From contig JBFXKG010000008.1 in NCBI GenBank assembly GCA_050174015.1, positions 64,001-128,000 on the forward strand: a DNA stretch of 64,000 nt, written 5' to 3'. How positions within the stretch are numbered: the stretch's first letter is position 1; each line of letters starts with the position of its first letter. The notes under the pieces are model-generated. The model saw only the letters and a list, made by a program, of their open reading frames with translations. It did not search any database and was not told the DNA's origin. Source of the DNA: Candidatus Krumholzibacteriia bacterium (GTDB lineage: Bacteria; Krumholzibacteriota; Krumholzibacteriia; LZORAL124-64-63). A program made the translations under genes and the position numbers. This document shows, in pieces, positions 9,979-19,784 of the stretch.

Positions 9979-10961
9979 CAGGACTCCGCGTCGTGGGAGG
10001 GGGGTTCGGGAAAGGCGACTCCCTGACCATAGATGCGGACGAAGAAATTCCCGCCGCCCCAAACTGTTCGGATGATTTCTTCCTCGACTTCGGGGGTGAA
10101 GTGGTAGGGGTCCTTGAATGCCGTCCGGTCCCGGGTCAATTCGTTGTCCCAGGCGAAGTCGAAGACCTTGCCCAGCCGGGCAAGGTCCTCCCGCATGGCC
10201 TGATCGTCCGGACGGAGGCCATAGTCATCGATCTTGTCCATAAGATCCCTGTGGCTGGGGAAGATGATGAAGACCAGCTCGATGTCCCGGGATCGGCAAA
10301 AATCGGCGATGGTCTGCAACTGGTTGCGGTAGGCGACAGGCTTCTTGTAGTTGCCGAAGTTCACCTTGGCCGTCACATCCAACTGGTGGCGCCAGAAGGA
10401 TTCCCGGTCGCCGACGGGCTGGCCGATCCTGTCCACCGTGCCGGTCAGACTGGAAACGACGACCTTCCAAGCCGAGATCATGACCGTGTTGTTGGTGAGG
10501 TAAAGGAACGGGTTGTGGATCGCACCTTCCACCTCGGAGACCCGGTCCTTGAAGTCCGAACCGTTGTAGGTGTTCAGGTCCAGACCGATGACCACGCTTT
10601 TCAGATCAGTCAGCTCGTTCGCGTACCAGAAGGTCGCGACGGCCTCCTTCAAACTGCCGCCGCCGTACGCGAAGTTGTAGTAGGGCCGTCCGCAAATGGC
10701 CTCGATGAGGTCCGGTTTCAGGGTCATCATGCGGGAGTCCCCGAGCAGGATGTTGGACATGGGTTGGCGCCGGAACTCGAACATTTTCCACATGGCGTAG
10801 TTGAGTTTGAATGAAATCTCCTGCTTGAGCTGGTCGGCGATCGGGCTGGGGACGGCGAAGTAATTGAACGGGTCGACAACCAGGATTGCCAGGCCGTAAA
10901 GTGCGAAGGGGATCAGGAAAAGTCCCAGTTTCTTGAGGAATAGCTTGAGGTCGATGGACAT
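9978..10961 (-). CDS. SGNH-like membrane-anchored acyltransferase/esterase (AlgJ/PatB-type MBOAT partner)
   Basis: N-terminal TM, 'DPFNYF', 'LLGDSRM' (GDS), C-terminal 'DPYH' (DxxH); directly downstream of the MBOAT gene. Confidence 0.65.
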   Translation of the reverse strand: MSIDLKLFLKKLGLFLIPFALYGLAILVVDPFNYFAVPSPIADQLKQEISFKLNYAMWKMFEFRRQPMSNILLGDSRMMTLKPDLIEAICGRPYYNFAYGGGSLKEAVATFWYANELTDLKSVVIGLDLNTYNGSDFKDRVSEVEGAIHNPFLYLTNNTVMISAWKVVVSSLTGTVDRIGQPVGDRESFWRHQLDVTAKVNFGNYKKPVAYRNQLQTIADFCRSRDIELVFIIFPSHRDLMDKIDDYGLRPDDQAMREDLARLGKVFDFAWDNELTRDRTAFKDPYHFTPEVEEEIIRTVWGGGNFFVRIYGQGVAFPEPPSHDAES

Positions 10962-10970
10962 GGGCTGCTC

Positions 10971-12458
10971 CTAGAACTGGAAGTAGATGAACTGCTGGGA
11001 CATGTTGAACGCGCCGAAGAACACGATGGCGATGACAAGCCCGTAATACACGACCCAGCGGACAGCAGCCGGTCGGCGGCCGAGCTGGGCACGAAGGCTT
11101 TCCCGGCGCTGCAGGATCTGGGCGAACTCAAGGATCAGGATGGCTGCGATGGCGATTGTCAGTTCCTTCTGGGATAGGCCCAGGGACCGCAGCATACCTC
11201 GGATCACGATGGTGTCGCCGGACAGGATCCTGCCCAGGAAAGGCAGGACCCCGTCGAAGAGGTGGCCGACCATGTAGAAGGCGTCCCGCACATTCAAGGC
11301 CCTGAATATGAGGAGGGCGAAGTTGAAGACGGTCATGGTGTAGAGCAGGCCCAGGGTTCGGTAGACGAAATTCGAGGGGGGCATTCTGAGGAAGCTGAAG
11401 ATCCGCACCCGAGCCTGGGCGGTCCAAAGCTCCAGGGACATGAACACCCCATGGACCGCGCCCCAGATGACGTAGGTCCAGGCGGCTCCGTGCCAGAGCC
11501 CGCTCACCAGGAAGATCGTGAACACATTGAAGTAAGTCCGGTACTTTCCCTTGCGGCTTCCGCCGAGGGGGATGTAGAGGTAGTCCCTGAACCAGGTCGT
11601 CAGGGAGATGTGCCAGCGCGACCAGAGATCCCCGAGGGAAATGGCGTGGAAAGGCCGTCGGAAGTTGGTCATGAGCTTGATGCCGAAAATCTGGGCTGTC
11701 CCGATGGCGATGTCGGAGTATCCCGAGAAGTCGCAGTAGACCTGGTAGGCGAACAAGGCCGAACCCAGGATGAACTCCACCCCGGAATATTCCCGCGGGT
11801 TGTTGAAGATGGTGGCGACCATCACTCCGATCCGGTCCGCAATGACCACCTTCTTGAAGAGGCCCCAGACGACCAGCTTCAGCCCGTCGACAGAATTGCG
11901 GTAAGAAAAGCTCACCTCGTTGTAGAACTGGGGCAATAGATGGGTAGAACGTTCGATGGGCCCGGCCACCAGCTGCGGGAAGAAGGAGACGTAAAGGGCG
12001 AAGATTCCCAAGTGCGACTCCGGCTCCTGGTGTCCCCGGTAGACCTCGATGGTGTAGCTGAGAGTCTGAAAGGTGTAAAACGAGATGCCCACCGGCAACA
12101 GGACGTCGAAATAGGGGATGTTGTAGGTCAGGTCGAAGCGCTCGAAGGTCGCCCGGGCGGATTCGTTGAAGAAGTTGAAGTACTTGAAGGCAAACAGGAT
12201 GCCGAGATTCGAACAGAGACTCGCGGCCAGCAGGCGTTTTCGCCTGGTCTGGTCCGCGGTCCGGCCCATGGCCAGGCCCACATAATAGTCGATCAAAGTG
12301 GAGATGACGATCAGGAAGATGTACTCCACCTTCCAGCACATGTAGAAGTAGTAGCTTGCCGCCAGCATGAACATCCAGCGGCGTTGGGGTGGGATCAGGA
12401 AATAGAATGCCACCACCAAAGGCAGGAAAATGGCGTAGTGCAGCGAGTTGAAAAACAT
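10971..12458 (-). CDS. MBOAT O-acyltransferase (AlgI/PatA-like)
   Basis: 'LPVGISFYTFQ', 'FFPQLVAGPIER', 'YCDFSGYSD', 'RWHISL', 'SGLWHGA', terminal 'FIYFQF'. Confidence 0.93.
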   Translation of the reverse strand: MFFNSLHYAIFLPLVVAFYFLIPPQRRWMFMLAASYYFYMCWKVEYIFLIVISTLIDYYVGLAMGRTADQTRRKRLLAASLCSNLGILFAFKYFNFFNESARATFERFDLTYNIPYFDVLLPVGISFYTFQTLSYTIEVYRGHQEPESHLGIFALYVSFFPQLVAGPIERSTHLLPQFYNEVSFSYRNSVDGLKLVVWGLFKKVVIADRIGVMVATIFNNPREYSGVEFILGSALFAYQVYCDFSGYSDIAIGTAQIFGIKLMTNFRRPFHAISLGDLWSRWHISLTTWFRDYLYIPLGGSRKGKYRTYFNVFTIFLVSGLWHGAAWTYVIWGAVHGVFMSLELWTAQARVRIFSFLRMPPSNFVYRTLGLLYTMTVFNFALLIFRALNVRDAFYMVGHLFDGVLPFLGRILSGDTIVIRGMLRSLGLSQKELTIAIAAILILEFAQILQRRESLRAQLGRRPAAVRWVVYYGLVIAIVFFGAFNMSQQFIYFQF

Positions 12459-12676
12459 CCGCCGGGAGCCTCCAGATGGAATGGGCCTCTTTCAGACGGT
12501 TATCGTCACAGGAATGGGATGCTTGAATGCCGGCCGCGGCAGGTCGTGGGCGAGGGCTGGATCGGCAGCCGAACAGGTCCCGGGCGAGCACGGACGGCGT
12601 GAGAGGCCATCCTGCGAAATATACCAGAAGGTGTCCTGGATGAACAGGCGCAAAGCGGCCCCGGTCCCATCCGGCG

Positions 12677-12706
12677 TTGACGGGATCGGCCCTGCTGCAT
12701 TACTTT
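12677..12706 (+). promoter_or_regulatory. Possible sigma-70 promoter of the DUF354 gene
   Basis: TTGACG-N18-TACTTT about 40 nt upstream of the TTG start. Confidence 0.35.
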
Positions 12707-12745
12707 CCCCGGCGCACTCCGGTCCGCCTACCCCGGGAGGAATCC

Positions 12746-13783
12746 TTGAAGATCTGGTTCGACGCCGATAACGGCCCCCATGTCCTGATCATGCGTCCGC
12801 TGGCCCTGGAACTGGACCGGCGGGGACACGAGATCCGGTTCACCGCCCGGGACAGGACCAGCACCTGCGAGCTCCTCGATCTCTACGGTTTCGACTACCT
12901 CAAGGTGGGCGGATCGTACGGGGCGGGAATGTCCGGTAAGGTCAAGGGAACCCTTGGCCGGGCCTGGTCACTCACAAAGGCCATGAGGGGGGAGAAGGCG
13001 GCCGTCAGCTTCGGACACGGTTCGCGGGCCCTGCCCATAGCCTCGAGGCTGCTGGGCGTTCCCACGGTGACGATGTACGACTACGAGTGGGTGGACGCTC
13101 GCCTCTTCAACCGGTTCTGCCGCACCATCCTGCTGCCCGACGCCATCTCCCTCGACCGCTGCGGGGAAGCGGGGATCTCCCGCGCCAAGGCCAGGCTCTA
13201 TCCGGGTTTCAAGGAGGAGTTGTACCTGGGGGGGAAGGACCTGGATACGACGATCCCCGGGGACCTGGGTCTTGATCCGGACGGTATCAGCGTGCTGCTG
13301 AGGCCCCCTGCCACGACCGCCCACTACCACAATCCCGAGGCCGAGGTCATCCTCGACGCCATCCTGAAGAGGCTGGCCGCGATGCCCGGAGTCCAGCTCG
13401 TGTTCCTGCCCCGGACCCCCGACCAAAGGGAGCTCCCGGTGAAGGCCGGCATCCGGCGGGTCATCATCCCCGACAAGGTTTACGACGGCCCCAGCCTGGT
13501 GGCCTGCATGGACATGGTTCTCAGCGGAGGAGGGACCATGACCCGGGAGGCAGCCATCATGGGGGTTCCCTCCTACAGCTTCTTCCGGGGGCGGAGCGGC
13601 ATGGTGGACGAAGCGCTCGCCGCGTCGGGACGTCTGACCATGATCGACACCCCCGAGGCGGTGGAGGGCAGGCTGAGGGTCGCCAGGAAGCCGGGGGCGG
13701 TCACCCAGCCGGATCCCGCCCCCCTCGTCGGTTTCATCTGCGATGCGATCCTGGACGCCGCCGCGGGCCGTCAGGCCAGGTAG
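12746..13783 (+). CDS. DUF354-family GT-B-like protein
   Basis: GGAGG before TTG 12746; 'KIWFDADNGPHV', 'TARD', 'SGGGTMTREAA'. Confidence 0.75.
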   Translation: MKIWFDADNGPHVLIMRPLALELDRRGHEIRFTARDRTSTCELLDLYGFDYLKVGGSYGAGMSGKVKGTLGRAWSLTKAMRGEKAAVSFGHGSRALPIASRLLGVPTVTMYDYEWVDARLFNRFCRTILLPDAISLDRCGEAGISRAKARLYPGFKEELYLGGKDLDTTIPGDLGLDPDGISVLLRPPATTAHYHNPEAEVILDAILKRLAAMPGVQLVFLPRTPDQRELPVKAGIRRVIIPDKVYDGPSLVACMDMVLSGGGTMTREAAIMGVPSYSFFRGRSGMVDEALAASGRLTMIDTPEAVEGRLRVARKPGAVTQPDPAPLVGFICDAILDAAAGRQAR

Positions 13784-14865
13784 TCCTCCAGCACCTTGAC
13801 GATCCTCGGTGCCGTCCGGCCGTCCCACAGGTCGGGGATGCGCCCCACCTTCCATTTCCCCTCGACGATGCGATGCACCTGGTCCGCAAGGGTCTCGACG
13901 GTGGCCAGTTCGTTGGTTCCCTGCTCGATGGTCACCGGCCGCTCCGTGTTGGGCCTCATCGTCAGGCAGGGGATACCCAGGTAGGTCGTCTCTTCCTGCA
14001 AGCCACCCGAATCCGTCAGGATCATGCGGCTGTGGAGGACGAGATTCATGAACTGGTAATACCCCAGGGGCTCGATGAGTTGCACCTGGGAGGCGTCGAG
14101 GCCGCAGCGGGCGACCAGGTCGTTCCGCTCCATGACGGCCCTTGTCCGCGGGTGGACCGGGAAGAGCAGGGGCATCGGCACGGCCGTCAAGACGTTGAAG
14201 ATCTTCTCGAGCGTGGCGGGATCGTCGACGTTGGACGGTCGATGGAGGGTGACCACACCGAACTCTCCGGACGGGACTCCGAACGCCTTGAAGGCGCCCA
14301 GATCCCGGGCCTTTTCGATGGACCGCACGAGGCTGTCGATCATGATGTTCCCGACCAGGTGGATCTTTCCGGCAGGAACGCCCTCCCCCAGGAGGTTGGC
14401 GTCTGCGTCGGGCGAGGGCGTGAACAGGAGATCGGCGATGGCGTCGGTCATCAGCCGGTTGATCTCCTCGGGCATGGTGCGGTCGCGACTCCGGAGTCCA
14501 GCCTCCACGTGGGCGACGGGGATGTGGAGCTTGGCGGCCACCAGGCTCGTCGCCATGGTGGCGTTGACGTCGCCGACGACCAGGACCAGATCCGGCCTTT
14601 GCTGCAGGCAGAGTTCTTCGTACTTCAAGAGGACTCCGGCGGTCTGCTGGGCATGCGACCCGCCGCCGACACCGAGGTGGACGTCGGGCGCGGGCAGACC
14701 CAGGTCCTCGAAGAACACGTCGGACATGTTCTTGTCGTAGTGCTGCCCGGTGTGGATGAGGACGGGGTCCAGCAGGTCCGAACCCCCGCTCATGGCTCGC
14801 CACAGCGGAGCGATTTTCATGAAGTTGGGTCGGGCGGCGGCGATCAGGTGGATTTTCTTTGTCAC
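13771..14865 (-). CDS. wecB: UDP-N-acetylglucosamine 2-epimerase (non-hydrolysing)
   Basis: 'ARPNFMK', 'HTGQHYD', 'VGDVN', 'HVEAGLRS', 'MPEEINR', 'TDSGGLQEE', 'TERP'; start is GTG 14865 or ATG 14892. Confidence 0.93.
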   Translation of the reverse strand: MTKKIHLIAAARPNFMKIAPLWRAMSGGSDLLDPVLIHTGQHYDKNMSDVFFEDLGLPAPDVHLGVGGGSHAQQTAGVLLKYEELCLQQRPDLVLVVGDVNATMATSLVAAKLHIPVAHVEAGLRSRDRTMPEEINRLMTDAIADLLFTPSPDADANLLGEGVPAGKIHLVGNIMIDSLVRSIEKARDLGAFKAFGVPSGEFGVVTLHRPSNVDDPATLEKIFNVLTAVPMPLLFPVHPRTRAVMERNDLVARCGLDASQVQLIEPLGYYQFMNLVLHSRMILTDSGGLQEETTYLGIPCLTMRPNTERPVTIEQGTNELATVETLADQVHRIVEGKWKVGRIPDLWDGRTAPRIVKVLEDYLA

Positions 14866-14973
14866 GGCGGGTCCTTTCCCGGTCCAAATCATGTCCCCGG
14901 GGAAGGTCTCGGCCTCTCCCGGCTCTCAGCTAGATTTCGACAGCGCCGCGCCGGAGCTTACCGGAATTTCCCA

Positions 14974-16224
14974 TCAGGGCGCCTTGCCGTCGCTGTCGGC
15001 CAGATGGGCGCAGAGGGCGCGGAACAGCCACGCCTGGGACCAGCGCATGTGGATGATGGGCTGGGCGTAGTACCGGTGTTTCTGGAACCGGAAACCCCCG
15101 CGGCGCTCGTCCCAGAGCTCGGCCACCGCGCGGTCTAGGATTGAGGCCGCAAAGGCGGGTCCCGAGGGGTCGAATCTTTTGAGGCGCAGGAAGGTCAAGG
15201 CGCCCTGGGCGAAGCTATGGGGGTCCAGGGGGTAAAGGCTGGTGGCGTAGTACCGGGGCGTCCCGTCTTCAAGGAAGAGGCGGGACCGGTAAAAGGCCAA
15301 ACCCTCGCGCAGCCCGTCATCCCATCGGTCGGTCCGGAGGAGCCCCGCTATACGCTCGATGGTCTCCAGGTTGAATCCCGTGTGGAGGTTGTCGATCCAA
15401 TGCCAGTGGTCGGCCTCTCCGTAGATCCAGGAGCCGTCCTGAGCCTGTCGGGCCATGACCCAGTCCACCGCCCGGCCGGCCAGATCGCGCCACTCCCCGG
15501 ACCGCTCCGGGGCATGGACGGCGGCTTGGGCCAGGATGCGGGCCCCGAAGAGGGAGGCGTTGAATACGCGGGTCCGGTCCCCGGGGGAGTAGCTGAAGCA
15601 CAGGCCGGTGTCATCCTCGTGGCGGTGCAGGTGGTCTGCAACGAAGGCACCTGCGGCTGCGGCAACCGCGGGATAGGCCGGGGCCCCGGACAACTCGAGG
15701 CCGTCCAGGGCGAAGCTGGTCGCAACCACGGTGGGGAAGAATGCAGGTTGGAGGAAAGCCTTCGACTGCCAGGGGAAGTCGTAGCCCCAGCCCAGGGCCC
15801 CGGGCAGGGCCAGGCTCCCGGAGGCCACCTCGGCGACCGCCCCAGGTCGGGGGCGGCGTTCGGGAAGGGCAGGCGATCCGTCCGGTCGCGAGGCCAGGCC
15901 GATCAAGGCGTCGCCCAGCCAGGTCTGCGCGTCGGTGGTGTCGCCGAGCCCGGACCAGGAGGCGGCGCCCTGCAGCACCAGTGCAAGCCCCTTGGGGTTC
16001 AGTCCGGGAGGAATCCGGAGCGCGGGGCGCAGGTCCACCGGGGACCGCTTGACGGCCTGGATGACGACCAGCCGCAACAGGCGCGAGCGCACCAGCAATG
16101 GGGCGAGCAGGCGGCTGTTGAGCCCATCATAGGGGTCGCTGCCGCGGAAGCCTGCTCCCTCCAGGCGGTCCCAGACCCGTCGGGTGACGGCCGCAAGGCC
16201 ATCCGGCTGAATCTCACCGCCCAT
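14974..16224 (-). CDS. Conserved polysaccharide-locus protein, probable (alpha/alpha)6-barrel glycosidase/epimerase-like fold
   Basis: 'DPYDGLNS', 'NPKG', 'WGYDFPWQ', 'DGSWIYG', 'WIDNLHTG', 'MRWSQAW'; a family I recall following bi-domain oxidoreductases. Confidence 0.55.
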   Translation of the reverse strand: MGGEIQPDGLAAVTRRVWDRLEGAGFRGSDPYDGLNSRLLAPLLVRSRLLRLVVIQAVKRSPVDLRPALRIPPGLNPKGLALVLQGAASWSGLGDTTDAQTWLGDALIGLASRPDGSPALPERRPRPGAVAEVASGSLALPGALGWGYDFPWQSKAFLQPAFFPTVVATSFALDGLELSGAPAYPAVAAAAGAFVADHLHRHEDDTGLCFSYSPGDRTRVFNASLFGARILAQAAVHAPERSGEWRDLAGRAVDWVMARQAQDGSWIYGEADHWHWIDNLHTGFNLETIERIAGLLRTDRWDDGLREGLAFYRSRLFLEDGTPRYYATSLYPLDPHSFAQGALTFLRLKRFDPSGPAFAASILDRAVAELWDERRGGFRFQKHRYYAQPIIHMRWSQAWLFRALCAHLADSDGKAP

Positions 16225-18403
16225 GCCGGACCAGTTCGCCGAGATCGATGGCCTCGACCCGGCCGCTGCGTAGAGCGTCGAGGATCTTCAGGGTGGCTAA
16301 GGTCGTGGCCAGCTGGGAGGTGGCCGAGATGGGGGCCGTTCCGCTCTCGATCCCGTCGAGGAACGCGATCACTTCCTCCTTGTGTCCTTTACCGCTGCAT
16401 CGGATGGTCCGGGACTTGCCCGAGGTGAACAGGCTGACCTTCTGGAAGTTGTGGATCACGGCCGCACGTCCGGCGCCCAGGATCTCGAACTGCTCCTTGG
16501 GCATGCCGGACGCACCCTCGGCGAAGTAGCCGATCGAACCCACCGACCCGTCGGCGAACTTCAGGCTGATGACGACGTTGTCGTCGGGCTTGACTTCCTG
16601 GTTGTCCGTGGCGATGCACATCGCGGAGACGGCGACCGGATCGGCCCCACACATGAACTGCATCAGATCGACGAAGTGGCAGACCTCGCCCAGGATGCGG
16701 CCTCCGCCCTCGACCGGGTTCTGGGTCCAGTGGTTCCGGGGGATGTGGCCCGCGTTGATGCGGTACATCATGGTCAGGGGGGCCCGGTTCGCGCCGAAGT
16801 GCCGCTTGGCGTGGGCCGCCGCCGGGCTGAACCGGCGGTTGAATCCCACCTGCAGGATGGGAGCGGGGCCTGGTTTTTCCAAGTCCTCCAGGACCGAGGC
16901 GATATCTCCGAGCTGCTCCAGGGTCAGGCACAGCGGCTTCTCGACGAAGACGTGCTTGCGGGCCCGCAGTCCGGCCAGGGCCAAGGGGCCGTGCTGGTCG
17001 TGACGGGTCGCCACGACCAGGGCGTCGGTTCCCACATGGGTGGCGACGGCCTCGGCCGAATCGACGGCCTCGGAGAATCCGTTGCGGAGACCGATGTCCG
17101 TCGCGGTCAGTCCGGTCCGGGTGAAGATGGGACCCAGGACGGTACGCCGGTCATCGCGGAAGGTGGGAAGCAGGAAGGTCTGGGCGAAATTGCCCGCGCC
17201 GGCGAAACCGATTCCGATCTTGCCGACCGTCTTGGCCCTCCCCTCCAGCGGGATGGTCCGGGGCTGAGTACGGCGTTCCGCGGGATATTCCACGAGTATG
17301 CCGCAGTAGGGCTCGCTCCGGGCGGCGATCATCTCGTAGGCCCTGGGGGCGTCCTCGAGGGAGAAGCGGTGGGTCACCAGGGGGAGGGGATCGAAGGAAC
17401 CCGCCGCCATCATGTCCAGCACGGCTTCCATGTTGCGGCCCTCGGTCCAGCGGACGAATCCGTAAGGGTAGTCGAGCCCGCTTTCCTCGTAGAGGGGATC
17501 GTAGCGGCCGGGCCCGTAACTGCAGGACACCGAGAACCGGAGTTCCTTCTCGTAGTAATCGGGTCGGGGAAGGTCCATGCCGACGGCGCCGACCACGACG
17601 ACCCGACCCCTCTGTCTGCAGACCCGGCCGGCCATGGCCACGGGATCGTTGCTCGATGTGGCCGCGCAGATCAGCACGGCGTCGACGCCGGCCCCTCGGG
17701 AGAAATCAGCAGCCATGGCCTCGACGGGATCGGTCCCCAGCCGGGCGGCCAGGTCTGCGAATCCCAGGCGGCGGGCGCGGTCGACGGCGTCGGCGGCGAT
17801 GTCCGTGGCGAATACCCGGCAGCCTCCGGCCTTCAACAGTTCGCAAGCCATCAGTCCGATGGCCCCCAGGCCCACGACCATGACGTTCTCGCCGAGAGTA
17901 GGTTCGGCGAGCCGGATGCCCTGCAGGGCGATGGCGGCGAGCGTGGTCATTGCGGCCGCGTCGGGGGCCACTCCCCGGGGAACCTTGACGACGAGATTCA
18001 CGGGGACGACGACCTCTTCGGCGTGGTTGGCGTAGCCGCCGCCGGCGCAGGCCACCAGGTCGCCCTTGCCAAATTTGTCGATCCCTGGCGCAACCTCGAC
18101 CACCTCTCCGGCCAGGCTGTACCCCAGAGTCTCGGCCCCGCTGAGCTTGTCCTTGACCTTCTGGATCGTCGCGGCCAGGCCGAGCTGTCCCACCATGCCC
18201 AGCACCTGCTTGACCTGGTCCGGCTTGGCCCGGGCCTTGCCGATGAGGGATTTCCTGCCGGTGACGATCTTGTTGCCCTCGGTCCCCGGACTGATGGCCG
18301 AGTACAGGGTCTTGACGCGGACGCAGCCCTCGGCCAGGAGAGGGGCGGGGGTTTCCAGAAGGCGGACCGATCCATCCTTGAGCGTCTGGGCGATGATCTT
18401 CAC
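16214..18403 (-). CDS. Bi-domain oxidoreductase (Zn-ADH-like plus Gfo/Idh/MocA)
   Basis: GTG 18403; 'SAISPGTE', 'GLGAIG', 'SCSYGPGRYD', 'GAGNFA', 'HVFVEKP', 'VGFNRRF', 'GEVCHF'. Confidence 0.88.
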   Translation of the reverse strand: MKIIAQTLKDGSVRLLETPAPLLAEGCVRVKTLYSAISPGTEGNKIVTGRKSLIGKARAKPDQVKQVLGMVGQLGLAATIQKVKDKLSGAETLGYSLAGEVVEVAPGIDKFGKGDLVACAGGGYANHAEEVVVPVNLVVKVPRGVAPDAAAMTTLAAIALQGIRLAEPTLGENVMVVGLGAIGLMACELLKAGGCRVFATDIAADAVDRARRLGFADLAARLGTDPVEAMAADFSRGAGVDAVLICAATSSNDPVAMAGRVCRQRGRVVVVGAVGMDLPRPDYYEKELRFSVSCSYGPGRYDPLYEESGLDYPYGFVRWTEGRNMEAVLDMMAAGSFDPLPLVTHRFSLEDAPRAYEMIAARSEPYCGILVEYPAERRTQPRTIPLEGRAKTVGKIGIGFAGAGNFAQTFLLPTFRDDRRTVLGPIFTRTGLTATDIGLRNGFSEAVDSAEAVATHVGTDALVVATRHDQHGPLALAGLRARKHVFVEKPLCLTLEQLGDIASVLEDLEKPGPAPILQVGFNRRFSPAAAHAKRHFGANRAPLTMMYRINAGHIPRNHWTQNPVEGGGRILGEVCHFVDLMQFMCGADPVAVSAMCIATDNQEVKPDDNVVISLKFADGSVGSIGYFAEGASGMPKEQFEILGAGRAAVIHNFQKVSLFTSGKSRTIRCSGKGHKEEVIAFLDGIESGTAPISATSQLATTLATLKILDALRSGRVEAIDLGELVRHGR

Positions 18404-18662
18404 GGCGAATCCTTTCGGGTGTCCCTGAAAACGGGCCGCGGGGAAGGCCAGATGGTCCAATCGGATGGACCGGATCGGAGTTGAGCACAAAAATAGCCGA
18501 TTCCCACCGGGGATCAATGCCAACTTCCCCCGGTCACCCTTCAACTGGTCCCCGGATGGAGGCGAAAAACGGAATGGGGTGGACTCAGGCTTTTGCTGGC
18601 TGTATCTTGTTTTGTCGTCAGGTGTTATGTGAAGCAGGGCGGCCATCCGCCTTCCCCTGTCC

Positions 18663-19775
18663 GTGGAAAGGATTTCCGTGGTACGAACCAGCCCCCGCAA
18701 GGTCCTGATGCTCGCCGACAGCCTGGGCGCAGGTGGCGCTGAACGTCAACTCGCATTGCTGGCAGCCTCGCTGCAGGATGAATGGCGGGCCTCAGTCTTC
18801 TCGCTCGGAGCAGGCATCTTCGCCGACCGGATCCGGGAGCTCGGGATCCCCCTGGAACTCGCCCCGCGGCGATTCAAGCTGGACGTCGCTCCCTTCTTCC
18901 GTCTCTGGCAGACCATCGGACGCACCAGGCCCGACGTGGTCCATTCCTGGGGGCACATGGCCTGCTTCGCGGCCGAGGCCTACTGCAGGCCTCGTCGAAT
19001 CCCCCATGTGGCGGGGGTGATCCGCAGAGGGGCGGTCTATTCCGTCCGAGGCCGATTTCCCAGGCTGGCCAGCCGCCTCGGCGACCTGGCCCTGGCCAAT
19101 AGCCGGGCGGGTCTTGTAGCTTTCGGTGTTCCCGATAGGCGCGGTCGGGTGCTGTACAACGGATTTCCCGCGGAGAGGCTGGAGCGGGCCCCGGTCCCGA
19201 TTTCCCGCCCCGGAGAGTTCCATGTCGTCATGGCCGCCACCATGGATGACCGCAAGGACTTTCCCCTGCTGATCGAAGCGATCCGGCGGTTGCGTTCGTC
19301 CGGCGGGGTCCGGGTCCGGGGCACTCTGCTGGGGGACGGCCCGTTTCGGGAGACCTGGCGAACCGAGGCGGCGGACCTGATCGAGGATGGCGCCCTGGCC
19401 TTTCCGGGCCGGGTCGAGGAGATCCTGGACCACCTCGGAAATGCCGACGCGGGAGTCCTGCTCGGTGTCCCCGGCTGGGGGGAGGGCATTTCCAACAGCA
19501 TCATGGAGTACATGGCCGCCCGGTTGCCGGTGGTTGCGACGGAAAACGGCGGCAATCCAGAGCTGGTCATCCCGGGGGAGACGGGATTCCTGGTGAAAGC
19601 TGCCGATGTCGAGGGAGTGGTGGCCGCCCTGCGGGGGTTGATGGCGGATCCGGAGAGGGCCCGGGCCATGGGCCAGGCCGGGCGGCGACGCGTGGAAACC
19701 GTTTTTTCTGTTCCAGCAATGATCGAGACGATCGTTTCGGTCTACGCAGAGGCCCTGGATCTGCGGGGCCGGTAG
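18663..19775 (+). CDS. Glycosyltransferase family 4
   Basis: 'LGAGGAERQL', 'RKDF', EX7E 'EGISNSIME'. Confidence 0.88.
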   Translation: MERISVVRTSPRKVLMLADSLGAGGAERQLALLAASLQDEWRASVFSLGAGIFADRIRELGIPLELAPRRFKLDVAPFFRLWQTIGRTRPDVVHSWGHMACFAAEAYCRPRRIPHVAGVIRRGAVYSVRGRFPRLASRLGDLALANSRAGLVAFGVPDRRGRVLYNGFPAERLERAPVPISRPGEFHVVMAATMDDRKDFPLLIEAIRRLRSSGGVRVRGTLLGDGPFRETWRTEAADLIEDGALAFPGRVEEILDHLGNADAGVLLGVPGWGEGISNSIMEYMAARLPVVATENGGNPELVIPGETGFLVKAADVEGVVAALRGLMADPERARAMGQAGRRRVETVFSVPAMIETIVSVYAEALDLRGR

Positions 19776-19784
19776 GACTGGGAG

